Shown: positions 29,168-44,167 of the stretch, piece by piece
Numbering within the stretch: position 1 is the stretch's first letter
Layout of the letters: the number at the start of each line of letters is the position of its first letter
Assembly: GCF_009914755.1 (NCBI RefSeq)
Contig: NC_060933.1
DNA: 64,000 nt
Source: the human T2T-CHM13v2.0 reference genome, Homo sapiens
Direction: 5' to 3' (one strand)
Position numbers and translations under genes: made by a program
The notes under the pieces: generated by a model
Databases searched by the model: none
The model's input: the letters and a program-made list of their open reading frames with translations, nothing else
What the model was told of the DNA's origin: nothing

Positions 29168-30019
29168 CTTAGAACAGAATAGGGAAAACAAAAGAAATCC
29201 AAAGCAACCCTAAGTTCAGTTTAGCATCTATAAAATTAGCAAAAACATTTTAAAATGGTAATTCGCCAATGCTGTTGAAGGTATTAGAAACACCAGTATA
29301 TACACTGCTGTTGGAATATAAACTGTTTACTTCTTTGGGAAGTATATTTGGTAATATACATCAAGATACAAAAATCAATTCTCCTCTTAAAAATCAATAA
29401 TTAAGAGAATACTTCAACAGAATAAAAAGGCTCTGCATACTATATATATATATATTTGTATTACTTGCAAATGATCAAAAAGTGCAAACAACTACAATAG
29501 TAGAGAAATGGTTTGCCAGAGTGTGTTGCGTCCACAGTATGAAGTATTTTACAGCCATTAAAACCAATCATTATGAAAGCATGGCTGTGGCGCTCTTAGT
29601 CCCATCTGCAAAACCCCTGTGAGTCCTGTTGGTCTCAGGAAAGATCCAAGCTCTCAGAATAGAACCTTGCTCAAGTGTTTAAGCAGGTCAAGGCCAAGTT
29701 CTCCAAGGTGGCCCCAGTGAATATGTTCAGCTTAAACAAGAGCCCATGAGATACTATGTGGCAGTGGGTTGGCAGGAGTTGGTAATGGGCACTCCAGCAT
29801 TGCAGGAGCTTGGTAACCTACTGTTGGCCCTGCTCACAATGAGGCTGTACACATTCTGCTGACCACGAAGGGGACTGTGCACACCTGGAGCATGGATGTG
29901 TCTTCTGCAACAACTCCCAGCCAAAATTAAGAGGATGGTCAGAGGCATAGCGGGGAGAAGGGGTCGAGTACAATCAGAGAAGCTAGGAAGACTTCTGACT
30001 CTATGCTCCAGGTAGCTGT

Positions 30020-30545
30020 AAGAGGGTCTCAATAAACTATGCCTCCCAGTGTTCACGTGTATGTGTACTACCCTTCCCTTGGACCTGGACCAATCCTGGA
30101 ACTCTCACTTGTAATAAAAAGAATATGGCAGAAGTGATGTTGTATGACTTCTGAGGCTAAGTCAGAAAAAGCCTTGCTGCTTTGACCTGAGTCTCTTGGA
30201 ACATTCTCTAAGGAGCCGTGAACTACTATATAAGAAGTCTGCCATACTGGGGAAGCCAAGTGTAGGCACTCCGGTTAACAGTCCCCGCACAGCTCCGCCT
30301 TCCAGCCATTCCCACTAAGACATCACACATACAAGGGAAGTTGTCTCGGATCCTCCAGATCAGCCCATCCACAAGCTGAATACTCCCAAGTGACTTCAGC
30401 CAGTACCACACAGAGCAGAAGAATCTCTCAGCTGATCCTGGCCCAAATTCCTGACCCACAAAATTATAATACAAAATAAAATGGTTGCTATTTTAAGCCA
30501 CTAAGTGAGGGGGCAATTAATATGCAGCAATACATAACCAGCATA
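30020..30545 (+). mobile_element. MLT1-type LTR
   Basis: gaatatggcagaagtgatg..gacttctgaggct; cccaaattcctgacccaca..ttttaagccactaagt..tgcagcaatacataac. Confidence 0.75.
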
Positions 30546-31132
30546 TCACCTTTGGGAGATGCTTGAGAATAAACTCATTATTCCAAAAGCAGATAAATTA
30601 AAGATAAAGAATCAAGCATTTGTCCTGCCTTTCCTTTATGAACTATTTCAGAGTAACCAGATAGTTGATGAGACCAAGCTCTTCTTTATAGAAGAATTAC
30701 AGCTAATAAAGGAAGAAGGAATATCAGAATTAGAATATCATGTGAAACCTCTGATGAAATCACAGTGTTAGACAATAATCATCAATGACTGCTAATATCA
30801 TTAGGCAAAAGGCCAGCAAGGAATATTAGAATGGATGGATCAGGCTGCAAACACCTGAATCCACTGATCAATATCTTCTCAATAACCCAAGACTGGAGAA
30901 AACTAGCGAGCATGTGCCTTCTGATGTGAGGCAACAAGGAATACACAGTACCGCCTCTAAAACTTTCTTGCCCTCAAATTCTGTTCCCCTGAATCTGATA
31001 GAAATTCTAGACTTCACTACCAGGAACCAGAGGAACATGTTAAATGATCCCCTGGGGATGCAGTCAGCAAAATCCAGAACATGGAAAATTCTACAGGACA
31101 ACCAAGTTTCTTCAATATGTAATTGTTTTTTA

Positions 31133-31875
<743 letters not shown>

Positions 31876-31878
31876 TTA

Positions 31879-31904
31879 GTGTGTGTGTGTGTGTGTGTGT
31901 GTGT
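31879..31904 (+). repeat. (TG)n microsatellite
   Basis: Direct reading. Confidence 0.95.
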
Positions 31905-32506
31905 ATTTGAACATAGACTAGGTATTTAGTGATATTAACAATTATTTTTAATTTTAGGTGTGATATAATATTGTGTATATTTTTTAAAGATAAAAGATGT
32001 ATTTAGAGATAAAAAGATATATGCATCCCAGGTATATCTGGGATTTGCTTCAAATGAATGCAGTGGTAAGGGGGTAGGAATAGACAGGGTATAAGGAGGC
32101 AAGATTGGCCATATGTTGATATTATTGAAGCAAGGTGATGTCGATGTGGAGGTTTTAATATCTTTACTTTTGGTATATAATTTATATTTGCATTCAAAAA
32201 TAAAACAAATAGCTCTGATCAAAAAATAAAAATATTGGGGGCAGAGGGTGCAGGAGATATTTCCAGTGAAGTATCTCTGCGTGATTGAGCACAGTAAAGA
32301 CATTCTTTACTGCTTCCCCTCTCACCAAATCCTCCTGCATTCATAGGACTAGAAACCTAAAGAGGCATCTGAAGTCACATCTTAAGGATGCATAATGGAG
32401 GGGAGTTTGGAGAGGGAACAAAATTATTAAGGAGGATTATACTGTCACCACTCGACACAATGGAGACTGCTGCTTTTAACTGCCTTAAACAAGTCTTGCT
32501 TCATAC

Positions 32507-32605
32507 CAGAGCTGCGACTCAAGGAGGCGTCGCCATGGGAAGTGGATCCTGCCCAGCCGATCAAATCTTTCTTCTTGGCTGGGTCTTTGAGTGCAGGTTT
32601 TCTGC
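32507..32605 (-). pseudogene. Tentative exon
   Basis: ctcttgttgtatag| ... CTG|gtatga; 99 nt, CpG-rich, open in phase 2 (QKTCTQRPSQEERFDRLGRIHFPWRRLLESQL). The junction gives RAWRQKT in register with QAGLSKV, but the rest is extra relative to UBA5 and its end phase does not match the next exon. Confidence 0.4.
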
Positions 32606-35600
32606 CTATACAACAAGAGAATGGATGTGGCTCTTAGAATGCACTTGAAATTCTTCTTCCTCTTCATGGTGTCTTTGTGGCCAGATGTCTTGGAAGGCCC
32701 AGGAATGAAGGCGCCTCTGGATAAAGTGGCCATCCTGCTTCTGAGAGCATGGGGGACCCAGGCAAGTTACTATCTTTCTGTGAGTCTCTGTTTCCTCCAG
32801 ATGCAGTGAGCAGCGGTATAGCATAGGGTTAGCCAGAGGGCTCTAGAGACATCTGGTTCCCGCAACTCACCAGCTCTGCAACCTTGTTAGGCCATGCAAC
32901 TCCTATGTGCCTTATTCCCTATTTATAAAGTAGGGATGATAACTTCCACCTCACATTGTTGATGAAAGGATAAAATTAGATAATGCGTATAAAGTGCTCA
33001 GTGTGGTACCTAGCATAGATCCACTCTCAATAAATAGTTATTACAATTATATTTATTTCTTCATAAAATGTGTATTGCAGCTAATAGCCATTATGGCTCC
33101 TCCTAACTCTAATGTTTGAGGATTCATTCACTGATACAACAAACTGTACGTCAGGTGTCAGTGCTAAGGTGAAGACATATCTGGTATTGGGGTTAGGGGC
33201 TGAAGTCAGCATATTAGGCAAAAACTCAGCATACTCAAAATTACTTTTGGAAATCCCTCTACCATCAGCTGACCACCCAATCATTTGCTCCCCCATTCAG
33301 AGGTGATGCTGGGGAGGTGCTTCTTGCGGGGTGGGGAGCCTGCATGATCTGGGCAATGGAGTAATAGTGGCTGAGGGATCTTTCAGGATGTGGCATTTTG
33401 TTTCCTCCTAGGGCCTGGAACGTGAAAGCCATAAACTGTCCTCCATTCAGAGCAAAGCAATGCTCCCTCCATTGCTTCTAAGTTCCCAGCCCCAGTTCTG
33501 GATGAGAAAATGGAGAGCAGCCTCAGTAGTCACTTTCCTTCAACTTCAAGGCTGCCATGAGATGGTCACCACCTCATGACCAGGAAGGAGCATGCTGCTT
33601 TGGTAGACTACACATACCTCCCTGTGGCAGCCAGGCCCCCACCACCCATTCTCATCATTCCACACAAACGTGAGCCCCTACCATGAACAAGATGTTGCAT
33701 GGAGCACTGGCAGAAGCAGAGTGAGTTGAAGGTGGCTTCCTCCCAGGACTGCATGGTCACAGACCCCAGCACCAGCAAAGTATGGTCATCAGGACCACAG
33801 GAAGGGCCAGAGATGGGCTATGGGGCACTGGGGTCAGGAAGAGTGCCCCATCTTCCTGAAGGGTGATACTGGACCTGGTCCTTGGAGAATAAGAAAGATC
33901 TGATGAAGCAAAACCCTGGAAGGAGGGTATCCAAGATGAAGAGAAAGTATGAGGTGCAGTCTGGAGGCAGGAAAGATGGGCTGCATCGGAATCACACCAG
34001 GTAGAATGGTTGGTTGGTTGAATTGGGAGGTGGAGCTGGAGAGGTATGTAGGGCAGATGGCAAAAGGCCTTAAATTCAGGCCAAGGAGAGTGGACTTGAT
34101 TATGGAGGCAACAGAGACTGAGGGACAAGAGCTGGGATTGGAAAGAGGCCCCAAGCATATATGAAGCTCCCCTACTCATGCCTGCCCCACACCTTTTCAT
34201 GGGATGTTGTACAGCACACTCCCAGATTTGGAAAGCCCCATCTATAAATCTTTCAGTCCCAGGATCACTCCTTTCTACAGTGGCTTCAGCAGCAATGACA
34301 GAGTCAAGAGAGGTCACCCTTTAGGTTTCTCAACACAGTTGCCCTTCCCCTCTGGAAAAACTACATCACGGTGGAATGGGAGAGGTGGAGATGAAGGCTA
34401 AACACAAGAAAGAGGTTAACTACTCATAGAGTGTCAGACGAAATAACCTGAAAGTTCTCTGCTACAAAACACTCAGAAATGCTGGTAAGAAAATTTTCAG
34501 TCATTTTAAATGTACAGCTAAGCTTACAGGAACATGAGAGCATTTTCCTTCTTTTTTTAAAAAAATAGACTTGGGGGTACAAGTGTTGTTTTGTTACATG
34601 GATACATTGGATAGTGTAGTCTGGGCTTTTAGTGTAGTCATCACTCAAATATTGTCCGCTGTACCCATTAAAGAATTTCTCTTCCTTTACCCCCCTCCCA
34701 CCCTTCCAACTCTCCAATGTCTGTCACTCCACAGTGAGGGCATTTTCAAGGTCAAAATGAAGGGAGAGCTGAGCACTGGAGCAGGTAGAAGGCTGCAGCT
34801 GCCTTGCAGAGTTTACAGCAGGAGATGTCAGGGCAACAGTGGAACTGCGAGGTTGCTTCCAAGCAGGAGGACAGCCTGGGAAGGACTGTGCTGGGAGGCC
34901 CTCTGAGAGTCTCACTCTGTGAGTGACTCTGAGTCCCTGGCTGCCCTCTGCATACAGTGCTTGGAAAAGCCACGCATATTTTGTCTAAAGAAACCACTGG
35001 TAAGGTGGACGAACCCGACTTGGCTTACCTCTAACATCCCACATCACTTCTGCTCTTCTCTGAGTCTTAATTTTATCATATTTTAACTGGAAATGGTGTC
35101 ACCACAATAGACCTCACAGGACTGCTGGAAGAACTTGTTCAGTATTCAACTAATATGTATTAAGCAAGGAGCGTGACAAGTGCTGGGATATGGAGTTGAA
35201 CAGGAAAAAATCCCTGCCTGCAAGGAGCTTACGTTCTGGTGCATAAACAGACACTCTATAAACAATGTGGACATGAAGTGGCAGAGATCAGCACTAGGTA
35301 GAGAGGAAGGAGCTCCCCCAAGCCTTGGCCAGGAGGGTTGGCAGGCCCTGGGGGGAGGTGGTGTTTGAACTGAGTCATGAGGGATGGATAAATAGAAATC
35401 TTTCACAAGAAGTGGGCAGGGCATTCCAGGAATGAGCTAGAAAGCCCAGAGTCCAAAGCAGCATGACATGTACAAAAACTACACATGGCACAGGTAAAAT
35501 GTGGGTGGGATGCGGAGACAGAAAAGGGTCAATAGGGACACAGCTCACATGATTGGAAGATGAGACCCTGGATAGACTCCAGTAAAACTTATGTGAATTT

Positions 35601-35754
35601 CAGAGAACTCCTCCCTCCTTGCAATAATTCACAATCCTATTCCCACCACCATGACACCCAGTGGTATCCTCAGAGTAGGAGTCAGCTTACTGCTTGGACT
35701 TAACCTACCTTCCCCAGAAAGCAGAGCTTGAGGCAGAGGGCTTTTGAGCTGCCA

Positions 35755-36120
35755 TAGATGATCCTCAACTTACCATGGTTTAACTTATGACTTTTCAACT
35801 TTATGATGGTGCAAGAGTGATACACATTCAGTAGAAACCGTAGTTCAAGAGCCCATACAACCATTCTGATTTTCACTTGCAGTACAGTGTTCAATAAGTC
35901 ACATGAGATATTTAACACTTTATTATAAAATAGGCTTTGTGTTAGATGATTTTGCCTGACTGTGGGCTAATGGAAGTGGTTTGAGCACATTTGAGGTAGG
36001 CTAGAGTAAGCTATGTTGTTCAGTAGGTTAGGTGTATTAAATGCATTTTCAACTTATGATATTTTCAGTTTTCAATGGGTTTATTGGGACATAACCACAT
36101 CATAAGCCAAGAAGCATCTG
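35755..36120 (-). mobile_element. MER47A (Tigger-derived)
   Basis: TIR-like ends agatgatcctcaactta / taagccaagaagcatctg; internal taggctttgtgttagatgattttgcc. Confidence 0.85.
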
Positions 36121-36276
36121 TATTTTACTAGGGAGCAGGAGTGAGGAACAAGGAGAGCGAAGCAGGCAAGAGGGAGGATACAAGGATATATGATGGAGAC
36201 GGCCACTGCTAAATGCACCTCATTATTCAACCTCATGGAAATGTCCCCCGAGAAACCATGCAATCTGTGTCTCAGG

Positions 36277-36395
36277 TAGGGTGACCAACCATCCTGGTTT
36301 TCTCAAGATGGGGGGATTTTTCCAGGATGTGGAACTTTCAGTGCCAAACCCAGGAAGGTCCTGGGAAAACGAGAATGAGCTTGTTCCGTAGAATC
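36277..36395 (+). mobile_element. MER81-like hAT MITE
   Basis: tagggtgaccaaccatcctggttt start. Confidence 0.6.
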
Positions 36396-37381
36396 AGGAC
36401 CACTGGATTTGAGGATAGAAAAATGGAAAGATAGGGAAGGTAACAGTTGATGGTCTTGATTGCTTTATGAAGTGCGACATACAGAGATGGGTGTGGGAAA
36501 CTAAAAATGGGGTATGAATAGTTGAAAGAAGTGGAAGGATGAGTAAAAAGATGCCCTAGTGGCACTAACAGCCTGGCTAAAATTGAAGACCTTGAATTGT
36601 TGCTGAATAGTATTGATTTATTCAGTCATTCATTCACCCATTTTGAGTCATGTCCGTGATTGTTGGTTACCATGGGAACATTGATCAGTGATGTAATTTT
36701 GGCCATACCAATACATGTCAGAGTCTCATGGAAGTTCAGAGCTCCACGCTGTCAACCAGGGTCATGACTCCATCATGGCCACACCATTTACGTTACTGAA
36801 TGTTCTCATTCTCTACCACAGCTGCCACTACCGAGTGGATGCTGATGCTTCCGAAATCTCTAGCCCCAGTCCAAACCTTTTCCTGGGCATCAGACCTACA
36901 AACACCCAACAGGCACCTCAGTCTCAACATCTCCAAACCCATATTCATCATCTTACCCCCAAAACCTGCTCCAGCAAGGGAGTGGACTTTCCCAGACAGT
37001 CTGTGTATATGAGGATACCAAGTTACCTTCTCACTATCTACTTCCTTGCTTGGTTCTGAAAATGCCATCTCCAAAGGCTTCCCCATGGTTTGAGGAATCA
37101 TGACTTTCAGGGGATACATGTGGGACAATCTGGAGGAAAAGTGTTTGAGGCAGAGAAAACAGCTAGTGCTAAAGCCTTAAGGCAGGAAAAAAGTGTGTTT
37201 CAGGGATGTAAAGAAGGTCAGTCTAACTGAGCTTGGTAGACAAGGAAGAGTCTGGTTCAAAGGGAAGCTGGAGAAGTAAACAGGAGCTAGATCACATGGA
37301 GCACTGTAGGTCAAGTGAAGGAGATTAGACTTTCTTCTTGGAGCACTGCAAAATCATTTAAGGGTTATAAACAGAAGAGCT

Positions 37382-37829
<448 letters not shown>

Positions 37830-39800
37830 GTACGCATGATTTGATTTATACTTTTAAATACACCTTTAAATTTGATTTCCACCCTGGCTGCTGAGTGGAC
37901 AATAGAAAGTACAGGAACAAGACAAATAGGACATAGGCAGGGAGACCAATTAAGGGAGACCAGGAGATAGGCAGGGAGACCAGACTGCAGTAATCTAGGT
38001 GAGAGTTGATGTTGGATGGGACTAAGACGTAATTGTGATGATGAAGAGAAGTTTCAGATTCTTGATTAGTTCTAGGGGGGACGTTCAACAGGACTTAAGT
38101 ATAAGGCATGAGGAAATAAATCAAAGATGTGTCCAAGGTTTTAGGCCTGATCATCTGTGTGAATGTGTGTTATTTACTGGGATGGGGAAGACCTGGGGGA
38201 GGAACATGTTTGGAGGTGAAAGGAAAAGCAAGAGTTTGATTTGGGACAAAGCAAGTCTGAGACACCTATTAGACATCCAAGTAGAGGTATAAAATATAAG
38301 GTTGGATATATATGAGTGTGAGCTAGACAGAGCTGTATGTAGTTTTGGGAGGCACTGCAGCATATTCAAAGCCTTGGGCCAGAGGAGCTCAGGAGCTCAC
38401 CAGGGAGAAGATGGATCTAAAGAAGGAGATCTATGGCCAAGACTTGCAGCACTATGACATTTAGAAATCAAGCAGCAAATGTGCAGGGCTGCTAAGGAGA
38501 CTACAAAGGGACAACTAAAAAGATATGATATTCTAGAAGCCAAGAGAAGAAAGCAGTTCAAGAAGGGTGTGGCCAACTCTATCAACCATATAATACGCTG
38601 CTGAGAGATCAAATAAGGACAGAGAAGTGACCACTGGAGGTCATCAGCAGCCTCGTGAAAAACAGTCTCAGTGGGGTGGAAGAAAGAGAGGACCCATAGC
38701 ACAGGGCTGAGCAGAGAATCAAAGGTGAGGAAGTAGACACAGGAGACAACTCCCTGAAAAGGGCTTCTGTGAGGGACAGCAGAGAACTAGATCAGCTACA
38801 GGAAAAGGTAGGGTAAGGAAAAGGCTCTGCAAACCCTGGAGATACTGGAACAGGTCTGCATTTTGGGGGAATGATCTGAGTGGAAAGAAAGAACCTAGAG
38901 ATGCAGCAGAGATAGGAGAATTGCAGAAGCAAAGTCCTCTAAAAAACCAAGAGGCCAGAGGATTAAGCTTACAAGCGAAGAGGGTTTCTCTTGGTAAAAG
39001 CAAAGATACTTTATCCACAGCAATATGAAGACACGAAGGAAATATTAACACAAATTCAGATGAATTGGGAGGTATGCTGGGAAGATAAAGGTCCTCCTTT
39101 ATCAAGGACACAGCCAAACCATATCAAGGAGGACCTATATAACTGCTTCTATTTTTTCAGTGAAATATGAGATGAGGTCATCAGGTAAGAATGAGGGAAG
39201 ATAACAAGGTGGATGGCCCTTCCTGACAGATAAGAGGCCCCAGTAAGTGAGGGAGGCAAGGGAGGCAGGAGGTAAAAATGTGAAATAGTTGTTTTGAAGA
39301 CTGGGAAGTGGAACACATAGTGAAGGGTAGGATTGCTGAGCAGGGCTGAGTGCTCATTTGAGATCTGTGGTCATGAATTTAAAGCAAGACCAGTTGGTCT
39401 AGATATATGTTTTTCTCTCATGACGTTTACCGGCTTGAGTTCAGGTATGTAGTAGTCAGATGTGTAGGCTTAAGCTGAGAGCAAATATGAAGGAAGAAGA
39501 GTGGAATACAGGAATTAGAATACTTGAAATAGAGTAGTTATGATGATGAACCACAGAAATTTAGCTGGTTAAGGAAGGAAGTGAGAACCTGAGGGAAATG
39601 ACAGATAGTGGGAAAAGTGGAAGGGCCAGTGTATTGGAAGTCTTGATGAGGTGGATTGGAAATACTGCCCCAAGGGAGCTGGGATGAAAGGAGGTAGCAG
39701 GCAGAGAATGTAGGTTTTTGGTGATGGTATGGTCATGGACATGACAAAGGTAATGAGTGGCTGGAATGGAACAGATCAAAAGAGTAAATTAAAAAGAAGA

Positions 39801-40177
39801 TGTATTAGTCTGTTCTCACAATGCTAACAAAGACATAACCTGAGCCTGGGTAATTTATAAAAGAAAGAGATTTAATTGACTCGCAGTTCAGCATGGCTGG
39901 GGAGGCCTCAGGAAACTTACAATCATGGTGGAATGGGAAGCCAACACGTACTTCTTCACATGGTAGCAGGAAGCAAAAGTGCTGAGCAAAAGGGGGAAAA
40001 GGCCCTTATAAAACCATCAGATCTTGTGAGAACTCACTCATTATCACCAGAACAGTATGAGGGTAACTGTCCCCATGATTAAATTACCTCCCACTTGGTC
40101 CATCCCACGACACGTGGGGATTATGGGAACTACAATTCAAGATGAGATTTGGGTGGGGACACAGCCAAACCATATCA
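39801..40177 (-). mobile_element. THE1/MST solo LTR
   Basis: tgtattagtc...ccaaaccatatca with a perfect 5-bp TSD GAAGA. Confidence 0.93.
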
Positions 40178-41242
40178 GAAGATCAAAGAGAAACATGGAA
40201 ACTAGAAGCCAATGTATTGGATGTCTCACCCATATGAATGTTGAAATTACCAGGAATGGTGTCAGGAAAAAGGATAGACAGGAAGACAGTGTGCCAGTGC
40301 TAAAGACACCCACTAATGAGGGTAAATAGAGCATTCATATGGGCATTAAAGGAGTGGAGAGTTGAAGGAAGAGGGAGAAGGGATGGGTTCAGAAGTGACC
40401 ACAGAAGGCAAGGAGGACCACTTACACAACTTCCCCACCTCAGGCCCTCAGGTACCCAGTTTTTAAGAGGAAAGACACCTTCCACCTCAGTAGGTTGTAA
40501 AAGAAATAATGTCATGAGCAGATATTCAGCTTTCATTTAATGCAAAAAAGTAAGTGAGCACTCAGAGAAGTAATTGAGGATATTGGAAAGAGTGTAATTG
40601 ACAGCCATGAGTTCACAAACCCACAGAGAAAAGGTTTGGGAGCACAGGAAGGAAAGGAAAATTGAGTCAAAACAGAGACTCTTCCAAGTGGCATGGGAAT
40701 TAGGGTCCCCTTGACCTGAGGAGCTTGGGTTTCTGGAGATGACTGAAGTGGACAGGAATGAAAGGCATCCTGAAATTAGTCTTAAGAGTCTCTTAGGGGA
40801 AGGTGGACTTGAGACAAAAGGCACAATGCTGGTTAGCAACAATTCTCTACTGTGCCTGTGAGTAATGCAGAAGCCAGAATGAGTCCCTGAAGGGATTGTT
40901 CTCTTAAGGGGAGTTCACTGTGAAGGCTTCCGGGGAGGGTCCATCTACCCTGAAAATGGATCCCTAGGGTTGACTTTTCCAACTCCTCAGGTGGTGCAGT
41001 GTTATGATGCTCTGGAGCACAAGGAGCTCAGAGCCTGCCACTGTGCTGCTGGGTGGTGTGGTGGTGTGGCGGGCAGGCTCCCAAATCATTCCACACAAGT
41101 GACATTTGTGTAAACACCACTGTAATTTCTCTGTTGGAGTCTGCAGACCCATCCTCAAGTTATCAGGGAGAATTTTAATTTTTCTATATTGATAATAAGC
41201 TTAACAAATAATAAAATCATATTCTATGTCCTCTAGATGTGA

Positions 41243-41362
41243 GGCTACCAGATAAATTACAGGACTCCCAGTTAAATTTAGATTTCACATAAACAGTGAA
41301 TGCTTTTCTAGTATAAATATATCTCAGATATTGCATGATACATATTTCTACCAAAAAATTAT
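41243..41362 (+). mobile_element. MER53-like MITE fragment
   Basis: ccagataaattacaggactcccagttaaatttagatttca. Confidence 0.65.
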
Positions 41363-41409
41363 ACTTTATAACTATTGCCACCTGATGTTAGTACCTGTGT
41401 GTATGCATT

Positions 41410-41838
41410 TATTATATGTTTATTATACAATAAAGAGATTTATTATAAGGAATTGGCTTAAACAATTTGGAGGCTGGCAAGACCCAGGATCTGCAGGATA
41501 AATCCAGCAGCTGGAGACCCAGGAGAGCTAACGGCATAGTTCCAGTCTGAAGGCTGCAGGCTCAAGAACCAGAAAAAGAGTCAATGTCCCAGTTTGGAGG
41601 CAGTCAGGCAGGAAGAATCCTCTGTTACTCAAGGAAGAGTCAGCCTTTTTTCTAGTGAAGTGTCAACTGATTTGGTGAGACCCACCAACATCAGGGAGGG
41701 CAATCTGCTTTGCTCAGTCCGTTGATGTAAATGTTAATCTCATCCAAAACCACCCTTGCAGAAACACGCAGAATATTTGACTAAATATCTGGGCACCCCA
41801 GAACCCAGTCAAGTTGACACACCAAATTCACCATCACA
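41410..41838 (-). mobile_element. MLT2 LTR
   Basis: gagatttattataaggaattggct ... cagtcaagttgacac..aattcaccatcaca. Confidence 0.85.
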
Positions 41839-41897
41839 GTGTTCATGTTTGCACTGTTTATGATGAAACTGGGACCAAGCAGTAACATTAATGAGAG

Positions 41898-43606
41898 GCC
41901 TGATTCTCCTGCCTCAGACTGCCGAGTGCCTGCAATTGCAGGCGCGTGCCGCCATGCCTGACTGGTTTTCGTATTTTTTTGGTGGAGACGGGGTTTCGCT
42001 GTGTTGGCCGGGCTGGTCTCCAGCTCCTAACCGGGAGTGATCCGCCAGCCTCGGCCTCCCGAGGTGCCGGGATTGCAGACAGAGTCTCGTTCACTCAGTG
42101 CTCAATGGTGCCCAGGCTGGAGTGCAGTGGCGTGATCTCGGCTCGCTGCAACCTCCACCTCCCAGCCGCCTGCCTTGGCCTCCCAGAGTGCCGAGATTGC
42201 AGCCTCTGCCCGGCCGCCACCCCGTCTGGGAGGTGGGGAGCGTCTCTGCCTGGCCGCCCATCGTCTGGGATGTGAGGAGCCCCTCTGCCCGGCCGCCCAT
42301 CGTCTGGGATGTGAGGAGCCCCTCTGTCCGGCTGCCCAGTCTGGAAGGTGAGGAGCATCTCTGCCCGGCCGCCATCCCGTCTGGGAAGTGAGGAGCGCCT
42401 CTTCCCTGCCGCCATCCCATCTAGGAAGTGAGGAGTGTCTCTGCCGGGCCGCCCATCGTCTGGGATGTGGGGAGCGCCTCTGCCCTGCCGCCCCGTCCGG
42501 GATGTGAGGAGCGTCTCTGCCCGGCCGCCCCGTCTGAGAGGTGAGGAGCCCCTCCGCCTGGCAGCCGCCCCGTCTGAGAAGTGAGGAGCCCCTCTGCCCG
42601 GCAGCCACCCCGTCTGGGAAGTGAGGAGCGTCTCCGCCCGGCAGCCACCCCGTCCGGGAGGGAGGTGGGGGGGTCAGCCGCCTCGTCCGGGAGGGAGGTG
42701 GGGGTGTCAGCCCCCCGCCCGGCCAGCCGCCCCATGCGGGAGGGAGGTGGGGGGGTCAGCCCCCCGCCCGGCCAGCCGCCCCATCTGGGAGGTGAGGGGC
42801 GCCTCTGCCCGGCCACCCCTACTGGGAGGTGAGGAGCCCCTCTGCCCGGCCAGCCGCCCCATCCAGGAGGGAGGTGGGGGGGTCAGCCCCCCGCCCGGCC
42901 ACCCGCCCCGTCCGGGAGGGAGGTGGGGGGGTCAGCCCCCTGCCCGGCCAGCCGCCCTGTCCGGGAGGGAGGTGGGGTGGTCAGCCCCCCGCCCGGCCAG
43001 CCGCCCCATCCGGGAGGTGAGGGGCGCCTCTGCCCGGCCACCCCTACTGGGAAGTGAGGAGCTCCTCTGCCCAGCCACCACCCCGTCTGGGAGGTGTACC
43101 CAACAGCTCACTGAGAACGGGCCATGATGACAATGGCGGTTTTGTGGAATAGAAAGAGGGGAAAGGTGGGGAAAAGATTGAGAAATCGGATGGTTGCCGT
43201 GTCTGTGTAGAAAGAGGTAGATATGGGAGACTTTTCATTTTGTTCTGTACTAAGAGAAATTCTTCTGCCTTGGGATCCTGTTGATCGGTGACCTTACCCC
43301 CAACCCTGTGCTCTCTGAAACATGTGCTGTGTCCACTCAGGGTTGAATGGATTAAGGGCGGTGCAAGATGTGCTTTGTTAAACAGATGCTTGAAGGCAGC
43401 ATGCTCGTTAAGAGTCATCACCACTCCCTAATCTCAAGTACCCAGGGACACAAACACTGTGGAAGGCCGCAGGGTCCTCTGCCTAGGAAAACCAGAGACC
43501 TTTGTTCACTTGTTTGTCTGCTGACCTTCCCTTCACTATTGTCCTGTGACCCTGCCAAATCCCCCTCTGTGAGAAACACGCAAGAATGATCAATTAAAAA
43601 AAAAAA
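41898..43606 (+). mobile_element. SVA retrotransposon (D-F type), 5'-truncated
   Basis: Alu-like segment, GC-rich VNTR (~42230-43100), SINE-R, poly(A); no CCCTCT hexamer; no TSD seen. Confidence 0.97.
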
Positions 43607-43765
43607 TCCACAAAATTGATAAATTCATGGCTAATCCAGAAATAATGAGAGAAAGAAAATGCATATTATAAATATCAACATTGAAAGAAAATTGTCACTA
43701 CAGATCCTTAAAGACAGTAAAAGGACGATGAAGAAATATTTTGAATAAACATATGCCAACAATTG
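43607..43765 (+). mobile_element. Old L1 ORF2 fragment abutting the SVA poly(A)
   Basis: aaaattgataaa..tcactacagatcct..gacagtaaaaggac..aatattttgaataaacatatgccaac. Confidence 0.7.
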
Positions 43766-43786
43766 GGGCTACTTGCTAATCATCTA

Positions 43787-44167
<381 letters not shown>

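Noticed and set aside
33081-33296. Protein-looking ORF with EFLPNMLTSAPNP resembling UBA5 DFFPTMSMKPNP
   Set aside because: Out of order relative to the other exons, no clear splice sites, and part of it resembles an L2 3' end; treated as chance.
33757-34317. 186-aa minus-strand ORF
   Set aside because: No domain motifs and no supporting splice structure; probably overlaps decayed repeat.
34424-34520. FVAENFQ resembling UBA5 TTVENFQ
   Set aside because: Weak splice sites, and that region of the alignment is better covered by the 29167-29054 exon.
35030-35126. Minus-strand segment with donor GAG|gtaagc
   Set aside because: Appears MIR-derived; at most an exonised repeat, with no protein similarity.
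41946-43589. Cluster of 60-170 aa ORFs on both strands
   Set aside because: All lie in the SVA Alu-like, VNTR and SINE-R regions; typical artefacts.
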